Notes under the pieces: generated by a model
The model's input: only the letters and a program-made list of their open reading frames with translations
Told to the model about the DNA's origin: nothing
The model's database searches: none
Position numbers and translations under genes: made by a program
Assembly (NCBI GenBank): GCA_963824605.1
Contig: CAWGPZ010000006.1
Span: 193,191-257,190 of the forward strand
DNA: 64,000 bases
Reading direction: 5' to 3'
Source of the DNA: an uncultured Actinomycetota bacterium
Lineage (GTDB): Bacteria; Actinomycetota; Actinomycetes; JAHEKZ01
Shown here: one piece after another, positions 11,866 to 21,795 of the stretch
Numbering within the stretch: position 1 is the stretch's first letter
Layout: the number at the start of each line of letters is the position of its first letter

Positions 11866-12681
11866 ATGTTCGGCCGCAAGAACACGATCGAGCTGAAGAG
11901 CCCTGAGCAGTTCGACCGCATGCGTGCTGCTGGGCTGGTCGTCGCGGACACGCTGCAGAAGCTTCGCGATGTCGTCTCCGTGGGAATGACCACTCTCGAC
12001 CTCGATGCCATCGCTCGAGAGTCGATCGCGTCCGCCGGAGCCAAGCCCTCATTCCTCGGCTACCACGGCTTCCCCGCTGTGATCTGCACCTCGGTGAACG
12101 ACGAGATCGTGCACGGCATCCCCGGACCACGCGTGATCGAGGACGGCGACGTCGTCTCGATCGACTGCGGCGCCATCGTCGACGGGTGGCACGGCGACGC
12201 GGCCTTGTCTGTGGTCGTGGGCGAGCCTGCGGCCGAGGTGGCCCAGCTGCTCGACGTCACCGAGACCGCCCTCTGGCGGGGGATCGCGAAGGCGTGCGCC
12301 GGGGCCCGGCTCAGCGACATCGGGCACGCTGTCGAGTCGCACGTCAGGGCGTCCGGCGACTTCGGCATCGTCGAGGAGTACGTCGGGCACGGGATCGGCT
12401 CGTCGATGCACATGGATCCGAGCGTCCCGAACTACGGGCAGCCCGGTCACGGCCCGAAGCTGGTGGCAGGCATGGCACTGGCCATCGAGCCCATGGTCAA
12501 CCTCGGCGGTCGGCACACCAAGACGCTCGACGACGAGTGGACCGTCGTCACCGTTGATGGCCGCTGGTCGGCGCACTTCGAGCACACCGTCGCGATCACC
12601 GCCGACGGTCCCTGGGTGACGACCGCGCACGACGGGGGAGCGGAGCGGCTCGCCGCGCTCGGCGTTCCCACCCCTGCCTGA
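11866..12681 (+). CDS. map: Methionine aminopeptidase type I
   Basis: 271-aa ORF with MetAP metal-ligand context. Confidence 0.93.
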   Translation: MFGRKNTIELKSPEQFDRMRAAGLVVADTLQKLRDVVSVGMTTLDLDAIARESIASAGAKPSFLGYHGFPAVICTSVNDEIVHGIPGPRVIEDGDVVSIDCGAIVDGWHGDAALSVVVGEPAAEVAQLLDVTETALWRGIAKACAGARLSDIGHAVESHVRASGDFGIVEEYVGHGIGSSMHMDPSVPNYGQPGHGPKLVAGMALAIEPMVNLGGRHTKTLDDEWTVVTVDGRWSAHFEHTVAITADGPWVTTAHDGGAERLAALGVPTPA

Positions 12682-12795
12682 CTCTTCCTCAAGCGTGGCC
12701 CGTAGAAGGCGTTCCCAAGTTTGACGGTCGGGATTGCGCTATTTGGATCGACGTGAGACAGTTTCCTACTAAGTCACTAGGAAAAGGTGTCAATC

Positions 12796-13713
12796 ATGTG
12801 GTTCTTCGCCGTGTTCGCCCTCGCCGGTGGGGCTGCCCAGCTCGTTGACGGGACGCTGGGCATGGGGTTCGGGGTCACCTCGGCCACGATCCTGCTCTCC
12901 ATGGGCGTCACGGCGGCCGCGGCGTCGGCGGCCACGCACGCCGCCAAGCTGCCGACCACCTTCGTCAGCGGAATCGCGCACTGGCGGCAGGGCAACGTCG
13001 ACGGGGCCACCTTCCTCCGCCTGGCGATTCCTGGCGCGGTCATGGCGTTCATTGGGGCTGTTGTCCTGGTCAACCTCAGCCTCGCGGCAGCCAAGACCTG
13101 GATGGCCGGGCTGCTGCTCTTCTTCGGGCTGGTGATCCTGCTTCGCTTTGGCTTCAACTACCGTCTGATACCTGCTCCGCGAGGCGGACACACGGCATGG
13201 TGGCTGTCGCCGATCGGCGCGGTGGGCGGGCTGGTGGACTCGCTCGGTGGTGGTGGGTGGGGCCCGGTCGTGACGCCGTCGCTGATGACCGTGACCAAGC
13301 ACGAGCCCCGCAAGGTGGTGGGCAGCGTGAGCGCCTCGGAGTTCGTGGTCGCCCTGGCGGCGTCCGCCGGATTCCTCACGGGAGCCGAGAAGCTCGAGAA
13401 CGACATGCCGTGGTTTGCCGTGCTGGGCCTGATCACTGGCGGCGTCATCGTGGCCCCGTTCGCGGCCCGTCTCGCAGGTCGGCTGCCACAGCACGTGATG
13501 GGCACCCTGGTGGGTGGGTTGATCCTGATCGTGAACGGCCAGGTCCTGCTCCTCGCCGCTGGTCTGCCCTCGTTGGCTGGGTGGGGCATGTTGGCGGCGG
13601 CGATCGTCGCCACCGGCGTGATCGCCAAGGGGGCGTACGGCTACGACAAGGCTGAGCGATCCGCGCGCACTTCCGGTGGGGCAGATGAGACCGCCCTGGC
13701 GCCGCAGTCCTAG
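12796..13713 (+). CDS. TSUP/TauE-SafE family (DUF81) membrane transporter
   Basis: Polytopic membrane ORF with Gly-rich repeated halves. ATG at 12796 has an aaagg SD; the listed ORF starts at GTG 12787. It is inserted between map and infA. Confidence 0.7.
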   Translation: MWFFAVFALAGGAAQLVDGTLGMGFGVTSATILLSMGVTAAAASAATHAAKLPTTFVSGIAHWRQGNVDGATFLRLAIPGAVMAFIGAVVLVNLSLAAAKTWMAGLLLFFGLVILLRFGFNYRLIPAPRGGHTAWWLSPIGAVGGLVDSLGGGGWGPVVTPSLMTVTKHEPRKVVGSVSASEFVVALAASAGFLTGAEKLENDMPWFAVLGLITGGVIVAPFAARLAGRLPQHVMGTLVGGLILIVNGQVLLLAAGLPSLAGWGMLAAAIVATGVIAKGAYGYDKAERSARTSGGADETALAPQS

Positions 13714-13918
13714 GCGGGGGCCGGATTGGCCTTTGACCTGCACTGTCCCGTAGACTCCTGTGCTTGTCGGCTTTACGCCGCTGTATCGTCGCGCCCCGCG
13801 GCTGGGGCTGGCGCGCGAACGGTGTCGACCGCCTTCGTCAGCAGTTCGATCAGCACCACAAGCACGAGCCCTTGTACAGAACCCCGAAGTGAACGCCCAT
13901 GAGGGCGCGAAAGGAACC

Positions 13919-14140
13919 ATGGCCAAGAAAGAAGGTGCCATCGAGATCGAGGGCACCGTCGTTGAGTCTCTGCCCAACGCGATGTTCCGGGTCGAGCTCA
14001 CCAATGGTCACAAGGTCCTCGCGCATATCAGCGGCAAGATGCGCCAGCACTACATCCGGATCCTCCCCGAGGACCGCGTCGTGGTGGAGCTCAGCCCGTA
14101 CGACCTCACGCGTGGACGCATCGTCTACCGGTACAAGTAA
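13919..14140 (+). CDS. infA: Translation initiation factor IF-1
   Basis: In-frame ATG at 13919, product [42 protein letters not shown].... Confidence 0.95.
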   Translation: MAKKEGAIEIEGTVVESLPNAMFRVELTNGHKVLAHISGKMRQHYIRILPEDRVVVELSPYDLTRGRIVYRYK

Positions 14141-14209
14141 CAGCAACGACACGCCTCGAGCGTCGACCGCCAGGCCGACGCGCCGACTCTACGCCCCGGA
14201 GTAAGCACG

Positions 14210-14323
14210 ATGAAGGTCAACCCGAGCGTCAAGCCGATCTGTGACAAGTGCAAGGTGATTCGCCGGCACGGTCGCGTCATGGTGATCTGCGAGAACCTGC
14301 GCCACAAGCAGCGCCAGGGCTGA
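14210..14323 (+). CDS. rpmJ: 50S ribosomal protein L36
   Basis: 37-aa [40 protein letters not shown]. It falls below the ORF-track size cut-off and was found by reading the infA-rpsM gap. Confidence 0.92.
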   Translation: MKVNPSVKPICDKCKVIRRHGRVMVICENLRHKQRQG

Positions 14324-14529
14324 CCGGACGCACCTCCGAGCATTCCACAACTGAACAACCTGCAAGTCCCAGCAAGTCAACCAGGGCTGCACCCGACCCC
14401 TGCGGGATCTGTGCCACGGCACCGACCCCTGCAGGACGCCACCTCCGGACGAAGGCCGGAGACCACTCGCCGGCAACGGCCAGCGGACCGATGCAGCTGA
14501 CAGACCTTCGGCAGTGAAAGAGGAGCAAC

Positions 14530-14907
14530 ATGGCTCGCCTTGTGGGCGTTGACCTCCCGCGCGAAAAGCGCATGGAGATCGCCCTGACGTACATCTACGG
14601 CATCGGCCGTACGCGCTCGAAGGAGACGCTCGCCGCAACCGGCGTCGACCCCAACATGCGCTCTGCAGACCTCACCGACGAGCAGCTGGTCAAGCTGCGC
14701 GACTGGATCGAGGACAAGTACCAGATCGAGGGTGACCTCCGCCGTGAGGTGGCCGCCGACATCCGCCGCAAGGTCGAGATCGGCAGCTATGAGGGCATTC
14801 GCCACCGCCGCGGACTCCCCGTCCGTGGGCAGCGCACCCACACCAACGCTCGGGGCCGCAAGGGCCCGCGCAAGGCTGTCGCCGGTAAGAAGAAGGTCAC
14901 CAAGTAG
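14530..14907 (+). CDS. rpsM: 30S ribosomal protein S13
   Basis: 125-aa [17 protein letters not shown].... Confidence 0.96.
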   Translation: MARLVGVDLPREKRMEIALTYIYGIGRTRSKETLAATGVDPNMRSADLTDEQLVKLRDWIEDKYQIEGDLRREVAADIRRKVEIGSYEGIRHRRGLPVRGQRTHTNARGRKGPRKAVAGKKKVTK

Positions 14908-14978
14908 TAGCCGCACGTTCCGCAGCCCGACAAGCGGGCGCAACGATGCGGACCGATCACCTCCAGGAGTAGAAAAAC

Positions 14979-15380
14979 ATGCCCCCAAAGGCAAAGACCG
15001 GCGCCAAGAAGGTGCGCCGGAAGGAAAAGAAGAACGTTGCCCACGGGCACGCTCACATCAAGAGCACGTTCAACAACACGATCGTCTCGATCACCGACCC
15101 AACCGGTGCCGTGATCGCGTGGGCGTCCGCCGGCCAGGTCGGCTTCAAGGGCTCTCGCAAGTCGACGCCGTTCGCTGCGCAGATGACCGCTGAAGCTGCC
15201 GCCCGCCGTGCGCAGGAGCACGGCATGCGCAAGGTCGATGTGTTCGTCAAGGGCCCCGGCTCTGGCCGCGAAACCGCGATCCGCGCCCTGCAGGCTGCTG
15301 GCCTCGAGGTCGGCTCCATCCAGGACGTCACCCCCGTTCCGTTCAACGGATGCCGGCCGCCCAAGCGCCGTCGCGTCTGA
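14979..15380 (+). CDS. rpsK: 30S ribosomal protein S11
   Basis: 133-aa ORF. Confidence 0.95.
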   Translation: MPPKAKTGAKKVRRKEKKNVAHGHAHIKSTFNNTIVSITDPTGAVIAWASAGQVGFKGSRKSTPFAAQMTAEAAARRAQEHGMRKVDVFVKGPGSGRETAIRALQAAGLEVGSIQDVTPVPFNGCRPPKRRRV

Positions 15381-15413
15381 TCCCCGAGACTTCGAAGCAG
15401 GAGCAGATCTTTC

Positions 15414-16040
15414 ATGGCTAGGTACACCGGAGCCGACTGCCGCAAGTGCCGTCGCGCGAAGCAGAAGCTTTTCCTCAAGGGCAGCAAGTGCGACAGCGCT
15501 AAGTGTCCGTTCGAGGCACGCCCCTACCCCCCCGGCCAGCACGGTCGCGGACGCAGCAAGGACAGCGAGTACCTGCTGCAGCTTCGTGAGAAGCAGAAGG
15601 CCAAGCAGATCTATGGCATCTTCGAGCGCCAGTTCCGTGGCTACTACGAAGAGGCGAACCAGAAGAAGGGCAAGACCGGCGACAACCTGCTGCGCATCCT
15701 CGAGTCGCGGCTCGACAACGTCGTCTACCGCGCCGGCTTCGCCAAGTCACGCGACATGGGACGCCAGCTCGTCCGCCACGGCCACATCATGGTCAACGGC
15801 AGCAAGGTCGACGTTCCTTCGTTCCGCGTCTCTGACAGCGACATCGTCGAGGTTCGACCGAGCTCGGTCGAGCTCACGCCGTTCGTCGTGGCGCGCGCCG
15901 AGGCCGGCGAGCGTGAGGTGCCCGCGTGGCTCGAGGTCATCCCCTCGCAGATGCGCATCCTCGTCCACACGTTGCCGGTTCGGCAGCAGATCGACTCTCA
16001 GCTGCAGGAGCAGCTGATCGTTGAGCTCTACTCCAAGTAG
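15414..16040 (+). CDS. rpsD: 30S ribosomal protein S4
   Basis: 208-aa ORF MARYTGADCRKCRR... with zinc-ribbon Cys. Confidence 0.95.
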   Translation: MARYTGADCRKCRRAKQKLFLKGSKCDSAKCPFEARPYPPGQHGRGRSKDSEYLLQLREKQKAKQIYGIFERQFRGYYEEANQKKGKTGDNLLRILESRLDNVVYRAGFAKSRDMGRQLVRHGHIMVNGSKVDVPSFRVSDSDIVEVRPSSVELTPFVVARAEAGEREVPAWLEVIPSQMRILVHTLPVRQQIDSQLQEQLIVELYSK

Positions 16041-16131
16041 CAGCTCGACACAGCAGGGCTCGGCATCCGCTGAGCACTGCACCAGTTCGAGACGTCAAAT
16101 AGTGGGCGTCCTGACCCGGAGGTAGTTACCA

Positions 16132-17142
16132 GTGCTGATTGCACAGCGGCCGTCCCTGGCCGAAGAGGTTGTCAACGAGAACCGTTCGCGGTTCATTCTC
16201 GAACCGCTCGAGCCCGGCTTCGGCTACACGCTCGGCAACTCGCTCCGCCGCACCTTGCTGTCGTCGATCCCCGGCGCGGCGGTCACGTCGATTCGCATCG
16301 ACGGTGTGCTGCACGAGTTCACGACGGTTCCCGGTGTGAAAGAGGACGTCACCGACCTCGTCCTCAACATCAAGGAGCTGATCGTCAGCACCGAGCACGA
16401 CGAGCCCGTTGTCATGTACCTGCGCAAGCAGGGCCCTGGCGTCGTCACCGCTGCCGACATCGCGCCTCCTGCCGGCGTCGAGGTGCACAACCCCGACCTC
16501 GTTCTCGCCACGCTCAACGGCAAGGGCAAGCTCGAAATGGAGCTCACCGTCGAGCGCGGCCGTGGCTACGTGCGCGCCGAGCTCAACAAGCAGGCCGGCC
16601 AAGAGATCGGCCGCATCCCGGTCGACTCGATCTACTCACCGGTTCTCAAGGTCTCGTACAAGGTCGAGGCCACCCGAGTTGAGCAGCGCACCGACTTCGA
16701 CCGTCTCGTGATCGACGTCGAGTCCAAGTCGTCCATGCGTCCCCGCGATGCTGTCGCGTCAGCCGGCAAGACGCTCGTCGAGCTCTTCGGGCTCTTCCGC
16801 GAGCTCAATGCCGAGGTCGAGGGCATCGACATGGGACCGTCACCTGCCGACGCTGCCCTGGCGGCAGACATGGCGTTGCCGATCGAAGAGCTCGATCTGA
16901 CTGTTCGCTCATACAACTGCCTCAAGCGCGAGGGCATTCACACCGTTGGTGAGCTCACCAGTCGCAGCGAGGCAGACCTGATGGACATTCGTAACTTCGG
17001 TGCGAAGTCGATCGACGAGGTCAAGGCCAAGCTTGTCGGCCTCGGACTCGCCCTCAAGGACAGCCCCCCCGGATTCGACCCGTCCGCGATCGTCGAGAAC
17101 TACGACGACGACGAGGGCTTCGTCGAGGACGAGCAGCTCTAG
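16132..17142 (+). CDS. rpoA: DNA-directed RNA polymerase alpha subunit
   Basis: 336-aa ORF with GTG start, N-terminal dimerisation domain and C-terminal alphaCTD sequence. Confidence 0.95.
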   Translation: MLIAQRPSLAEEVVNENRSRFILEPLEPGFGYTLGNSLRRTLLSSIPGAAVTSIRIDGVLHEFTTVPGVKEDVTDLVLNIKELIVSTEHDEPVVMYLRKQGPGVVTAADIAPPAGVEVHNPDLVLATLNGKGKLEMELTVERGRGYVRAELNKQAGQEIGRIPVDSIYSPVLKVSYKVEATRVEQRTDFDRLVIDVESKSSMRPRDAVASAGKTLVELFGLFRELNAEVEGIDMGPSPADAALAADMALPIEELDLTVRSYNCLKREGIHTVGELTSRSEADLMDIRNFGAKSIDEVKAKLVGLGLALKDSPPGFDPSAIVENYDDDEGFVEDEQL

Positions 17143-17175
17143 CCACCGCCTGACTGAACGCAAGGAGAACGAGAA

Positions 17176-17742
17176 ATGCCAAGCCCCACCAAGGGCCCGC
17201 GTCTTGGCGGCAGTCCGGCGCACGAACGGCTCATGTTGGCGAACCTCGCCACAGCGCTGTTCGAGCACGGTCGCATCACCACGACCGAGGCCAAGGCCAA
17301 GCGGGTACGCCCACTGGCCGAGCGCCTCATCACGTTCGCCAAGCGCGGCGACCTCGCCTCGCGGCGTCGGGTGATGACGGTGATCCGTGACAAGAGCATC
17401 GTGCACGAGCTCTTCACCGAGATCGCTCCGACCTACGACAACCGTGACGGCGGCTACACCCGCATCACAAAGATCGGGCCGCGCAAGGGCGACAACGCCC
17501 CGATGGCTGTGATCGAGCTGGTTGAGCGTCTTGACGAGAGCAAGCGCAAGACGCGTGCGAGCAAGCCGAAGAAGGAGGAGTCGGCTGCTCCGGCGCCCGT
17601 CGAAGCCGAAGAGGCTGCCACTGATGAGGTTGCGGACGAGGCCGTCGAGGCCGAGTCCGACGCTCCTGAGGTGGCCGAAGCTGAGGCAGCCGAGGAGTCG
17701 ACCGACGAGGCTGACACGGCTGAAGAGGCCAAGGAATCCTGA
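17176..17742 (+). CDS. rplQ: 50S ribosomal protein L17 with ~65-aa acidic Ala/Glu-rich C-terminal extension
   Basis: 188-aa ORF. The core L17 occupies residues 1-120 and the rest is a low-complexity EA-rich tail. Confidence 0.93.
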   Translation: MPSPTKGPRLGGSPAHERLMLANLATALFEHGRITTTEAKAKRVRPLAERLITFAKRGDLASRRRVMTVIRDKSIVHELFTEIAPTYDNRDGGYTRITKIGPRKGDNAPMAVIELVERLDESKRKTRASKPKKEESAAPAPVEAEEAATDEVADEAVEAESDAPEVAEAEAAEESTDEADTAEEAKES

Positions 17743-17750
17743 CGACTTCA

Positions 17751-18596
17751 TTGCCCGTCCACGAGCCCGTTCCCTCTGAGGGGAGCGGGCTCGTGCGTTT
17801 GCGCCTCGACCTGGGCTACGACGGCTCGGGTTTTCACGGTTGGGCGAGGCAGCCTGAGTTGCGCACCGTCCAGGGCGTGCTCGAAGAGGCTCTTGCCCTA
17901 GCGCTTCGGCTTCCCGAGCCGCCCGTTCTGACGGTGGCTGGGCGCACCGACGCCGGCGTCCACGCTCGCGGACAGGTGGTGCACAGCGACGTCTCGCAGT
18001 CCGCGTGGGCCGAGAACGGTGGGCGAGTGACCTACCGACTGAGGGGGCTCCTGCCCTCAGATGTACGTGTTCGTCAGGTGACAGAGGCGCCGCCCGGGTT
18101 TGACGCCCGGTTCAGTGCCACGTCGCGTCGCTACGCCTACCGACTCTGTGACGACCCGGTGGGGGTCGACCCGATCCGCCGGTCAGATGTTGTCTGGAAC
18201 CGTCACCCGCTGGACGTCGACGCGATGAACGCGGCAGCCACCCGGCTGCTTGGTGAGCATGACTTCGCATCGTTCTGTAAGCGCCGAGAAGGTGCGAGCA
18301 CCGTGCGGACACTGCGAGTGTTCGAGTGGCGGCGCGACTTAGGGGGTCAGGTCGAGGCGGCCGTCGTGGCTGATGCGTTCTGTCACAACATGGTGCGGTC
18401 GATCGTGGGCGCGTGTGTGGCAGTGGGGGAGGGGCGGCGGAGTCCAGTGTGGGTAGGTGACGTCCTCGGTGAGGTCGAGCGCTCGTCGTCGGTGATGGTG
18501 ATGCCACCGCACGGCCTGACTCTGGAGGAAGTCACCTACCCACCGAACGCCGAACTGGCGGAACGGGCCCGAAGGGCTCGGCGCTTTCGCGGCTGA
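17751..18596 (+). CDS. truA: tRNA pseudouridine(38-40) synthase
   Basis: 281-aa ORF containing the catalytic-Asp motif GRTDAGVHA. Confidence 0.92.
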   Translation: MPVHEPVPSEGSGLVRLRLDLGYDGSGFHGWARQPELRTVQGVLEEALALALRLPEPPVLTVAGRTDAGVHARGQVVHSDVSQSAWAENGGRVTYRLRGLLPSDVRVRQVTEAPPGFDARFSATSRRYAYRLCDDPVGVDPIRRSDVVWNRHPLDVDAMNAAATRLLGEHDFASFCKRREGASTVRTLRVFEWRRDLGGQVEAAVVADAFCHNMVRSIVGACVAVGEGRRSPVWVGDVLGEVERSSSVMVMPPHGLTLEEVTYPPNAELAERARRARRFRG

Positions 18597-18597
18597 G

Positions 18598-19182
18598 CTA
18601 GCCGATCAGCTCGTCGACAATCGCGCAGAAGTCGGCGTCCCATGTCTGCCAGTTGCCGGACGTCCTGACGAACTCGTCAGAGATGCCCTCCCCGCCTGGC
18701 GTACTGTCCCCGCGGGTGTCAAAGACGTAGGACCACACGAGATTTCCGGCGCTGCGGTAGCGCACCTTGCCGGAGGAGTCGCGAATCGTGTCCCAGACGC
18801 CGCTCTCCTTGGTCTGGACGGTGACGATTGAGTCACTTCCATCGACGAGTGTTGCCGGCATCTCGCGGTAGTTGGTCTTCCATGATTCAGTGAAGTAGGC
18901 CCCGGTCTCTTCGTTGGTGAAGGTTCCTTCGTACGACACTTGTTGACGCAACCGGAAGAACTGTCCGCCGGTCTTCTTGGTGCCCTTGCTGATCGTGTAC
19001 CTCCCGACGAAGTGTGCCTCCTCGGTGACGTCGTACCCGCACTCGTCGAAGGTTTCCGAGAAGCTGTCGTCGAACGTGCCCGACTCCCATTGGCCCGCAT
19101 TGGCCGTTGGTGCCGCCGTGAGCGACAACGCTGCGATCCCGGCAGCAGCCAGAGTTGCAGCGTGCCGTTTCGATCTCTTCAT
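18598..19182 (-). CDS. Secreted hypothetical protein (Sec signal peptide, AxA site ANA|GQ, 3 Cys in mature part)
   Basis: ORF MKRSKRHAATLAAAGIAALSLTAAPTANAGQ... with a gggaaggga SD. It is the last gene of the minus-strand sigma module. Confidence 0.65.
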   Translation of the reverse strand: MKRSKRHAATLAAAGIAALSLTAAPTANAGQWESGTFDDSFSETFDECGYDVTEEAHFVGRYTISKGTKKTGGQFFRLRQQVSYEGTFTNEETGAYFTESWKTNYREMPATLVDGSDSIVTVQTKESGVWDTIRDSSGKVRYRSAGNLVWSYVFDTRGDSTPGGEGISDEFVRTSGNWQTWDADFCAIVDELIG

Positions 19183-19202
19183 GGGTTCCCTTCCCGTTGT
19201 GT

Positions 19203-19958
19203 CTACTGCTGCTGGATCTGAATTGATGCCAGCAGCTCATTGATGGCCTCGATTACGCGCGGGTCGTCGGGCGTGGGAGATGTCGCGGCGATGGCGAGCG
19301 GGTCGGAGTCTTCGAAGTAGATGACGATCCAGCGGAACATGGCGTCGTCTGCGGTCATCGCGAGCGGGGGCGAACCAGGTGCCTTCGACAGCGGCATGAG
19401 GTGGAGCCCCCCTTCGTCGGCGTTCGGTTTCAACGACACGTCGACTTTGGTCCCCATCCAGGCGAAACCCGGGCCGTCAACGCCGAACTGACCGTTCGTC
19501 GTCAGGTCTGGATGGGTGGTCATCCAGATAATGGGGTCGTCCCTGAGTGGAGCCAGCTCGTAGGACGGCGGGTCGTAGACCTTGCGAGGGACGAGCATGA
19601 AGAGGTGCACCCCAGGTGATCCGTCGGCGGGGTGCATCTCGACGTAGGAGCCGTTCCTCAGCACCTCCCAGCCGTCCGGAGCGACCGCAGTCATCGGAGC
19701 CCCAAGCTTCTGCCCGACCAGCACAGGGCTTGGCGCGTCGGCGGGCGGCACGGGCACGGCCGACCGACGCAGTTCGCCACTCAGCGACCAGCCGACGATG
19801 AGAACGAGGATGGCGGTGGCGATCACCAGGGCTGGCACGATTCTGCGGCGGCCTCCGGACCGATCCAAGGTGGTGCGCAGTGCGTCATCCAGGTCGAGGT
19901 CGCGCGTGGCGTCCTTGAGCCCTTGGCTTGCCTGGTGGGCGAGGGTGTCGATGGACAT
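19203..19958 (-). CDS. Membrane protein, putative anti-sigma factor (single TM, ~190-aa extracytoplasmic domain)
   Basis: Its start overlaps the stop of the upstream ECF sigma gene by 1 nt. It has a short cytoplasmic N-terminus and a TM helix IVPALVIATAILVLIVGW. No zinc anti-sigma HxxxCxxC motif is present. Confidence 0.6.
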   Translation of the reverse strand: MSIDTLAHQASQGLKDATRDLDLDDALRTTLDRSGGRRRIVPALVIATAILVLIVGWSLSGELRRSAVPVPPADAPSPVLVGQKLGAPMTAVAPDGWEVLRNGSYVEMHPADGSPGVHLFMLVPRKVYDPPSYELAPLRDDPIIWMTTHPDLTTNGQFGVDGPGFAWMGTKVDVSLKPNADEGGLHLMPLSKAPGSPPLAMTADDAMFRWIVIYFEDSDPLAIAATSPTPDDPRVIEAINELLASIQIQQQ

Positions 19959-20572
19959 CAGGTGACCTCCTCGTCTTCGGGTGGTTCGAGGCCGAGGCGT
20001 GCGGCGAGGGTGTGGCGTCCGCGGTGGAGGTGGGTCTTGGCGGTACCGGTGGAGATCTCCAGGATCGCGGCGACGTCTGCCACGCTCATGTCGTAGCCGT
20101 AGAACAGGGCCACAACTTGAGCCTGGCGCCGGGGGAGCCGGCGGACTTCGGACCAGAAGGTCTCATCACTGGCTTCCAACGCTGGGGCACTCCCCTGTGG
20201 TGCCCCGTTGCGCAGCAGTGCGCGTGCTTCGGCCATCCGGCGTCTGACCCAGGAGACCGCGAGGTTGGAGCAGGTCCGTCGGACGTACGCGGCCGGGTTC
20301 TCGATCCCCGCGCCGCGTTTGAGCTGCTTGTGCAAACCCAGTAGCGCCTCCTGGGCGATGTCTTCGGCTGTTTCGCGTGACCCGGTCAGGCCCCAGGCGA
20401 TCGCCACCAGACCTGGGTACTCCGCCCGGAAGACCGCCGCGAACGAGACGACGTCGGACAGGCGGACCACGGGCTCGCCGACGACCCGTGGGGCGTCATC
20501 GGAGACGTCCAAGGCGCCCCCTTCCAGCGGAGGGTCCCGTCGTAGATCCACACCAAGTAGTCGCTCAGGCAC
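19958..20572 (-). CDS. ECF-type RNA polymerase sigma-70 factor
   Basis: Region 2 (ETAEDIAQEALLGLHK) and region 4 HTH (VVALFYGYDMSVADVAAILEISTGTAKTHLHRGR) are recognisable. The GTG start at 20572 has a ggga SD, but the true start may be internal. Confidence 0.8.
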   Translation of the reverse strand: MPERLLGVDLRRDPPLEGGALDVSDDAPRVVGEPVVRLSDVVSFAAVFRAEYPGLVAIAWGLTGSRETAEDIAQEALLGLHKQLKRGAGIENPAAYVRRTCSNLAVSWVRRRMAEARALLRNGAPQGSAPALEASDETFWSEVRRLPRRQAQVVALFYGYDMSVADVAAILEISTGTAKTHLHRGRHTLAARLGLEPPEDEEVT

Positions 20573-20751
20573 CCATCCCTGGTTGACAAGAAACCGAACT
20601 TCTACTGGCGAGCCGATGGGCAGGCGTCAGAGTGGCCAGATCCGGCGGAAACCACTGGGCGGAATCCGGCCGGAGCGACCTCGTCGACCGCGCCCACCGG
20701 TGCTGATCATGAGGCCTGAGTCGGCCCATGGCAACGAGTACCAACGGGTAG

Positions 20752-21585
20752 CTAGCGGCAGACAGCTCGATGCAGGGCGGGCACGCGCACAATGACGACG
20801 GACACCTGCTGGGCGGAGGCGCCCACGACGAGGGTCAGGGAGTCGTCGCGCGTCGCCGGAGGGCAGGGGTCGACCGGTTGAAGCTGAACCAACGCACTGC
20901 CACCGCCGGCGATGGTGGCGATGCACGACCTGTCGCACTGGGGGTCCGTGGCAAGGGCTGCTACGCCGGACGCCGAGCCGATGGCTCGGATCGTGAGGTC
21001 GTCCGGCCCCCGCCAGCTGAGTCGCACCGCTACGCCGCTGCCGTCGACGACGACACCGGTCAGCTGCGGGAGCTTCTTGGCCTTGGACTCCGCCCTGGGA
21101 CAGAGGGCGAAAGCGGTGTGCAGCGGACCGTCGAGTCGCAGATACGTCCGGGTGGCGCCGGGGAACTCTGCAGGCGACGGCCACTGGGACGGGAGGATGT
21201 CGGGACAGCCGGTGAGCCGATAGCGGTTGCGCACGGTCAGTGACCCGCTCGCGGTCAACGTGATCGGGGCGTCGAACATCTTCGCTCGACCGTCAGGAGT
21301 GATCACAGCGGTATCGACGAGCCGTAGCCCGAGTGGGGTGCCTCGAGCTGGTTCGGCCAGCGCGCTCTCACCCTCGACCAGCTCAGACAGCTCCTCGATG
21401 GTCACCGTGCTGCCGTTGACGCTCACCTCGCGTGAGCTCTCGACCGTGGCTGCTACCTCCGCCACTGTCGGAGTCGGCGTCCGGTTGGTGAGGGTCGGCG
21501 TGGGATCTGATGCCACGGGGGATGACGCCGGGTCTGGCCACAGGAACGCGATGGCCCCGATCGCCAGAGCGACACCGGCAACCAT
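20752..21585 (-). CDS. Membrane-anchored hypothetical protein (N-terminal TM, Pro/Thr linker, Cys-containing extracytoplasmic domain)
   Basis: This is the 3' part of the 588-aa minus ORF, starting from the internal Met (or GTG up to 21669). The upstream part of that ORF is antisense to arcC and is rejected. Confidence 0.5.
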   Translation of the reverse strand: MVAGVALAIGAIAFLWPDPASSPVASDPTPTLTNRTPTPTVAEVAATVESSREVSVNGSTVTIEELSELVEGESALAEPARGTPLGLRLVDTAVITPDGRAKMFDAPITLTASGSLTVRNRYRLTGCPDILPSQWPSPAEFPGATRTYLRLDGPLHTAFALCPRAESKAKKLPQLTGVVVDGSGVAVRLSWRGPDDLTIRAIGSASGVAALATDPQCDRSCIATIAGGGSALVQLQPVDPCPPATRDDSLTLVVGASAQQVSVVIVRVPALHRAVCR

Positions 21586-21795
21586 GGCCGCAGCGATCAC
21601 CCAGGGGAACGGTCGCGCCTCAGGTGAGGGTGCGCGGTGGCGACCGGGGGCGACGTGGGACACGCGCACAGTCTGCCGAGTCCGGGTGGAGTCCGACAGC
21701 TGCGGCGCGCCTCTTGGGACAGTGGGAGGGCGGATCGACGCGCCGGGGTGCCCACTTGCAGTGCGCTGGCGTGTGGTTCGAGGCACACTCCCCAC

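Noticed and set aside
13732-13760. ttgacc ... tagact as an infA promoter
   Set aside because: The spacer is only 12 nt, so it does not fit a sigma-70 -35/-10 geometry.
12790-14004. 404-aa minus-strand ORF
   Set aside because: Antisense to the TSUP gene and infA. The translation is Arg/Gly-rich and low-complexity.
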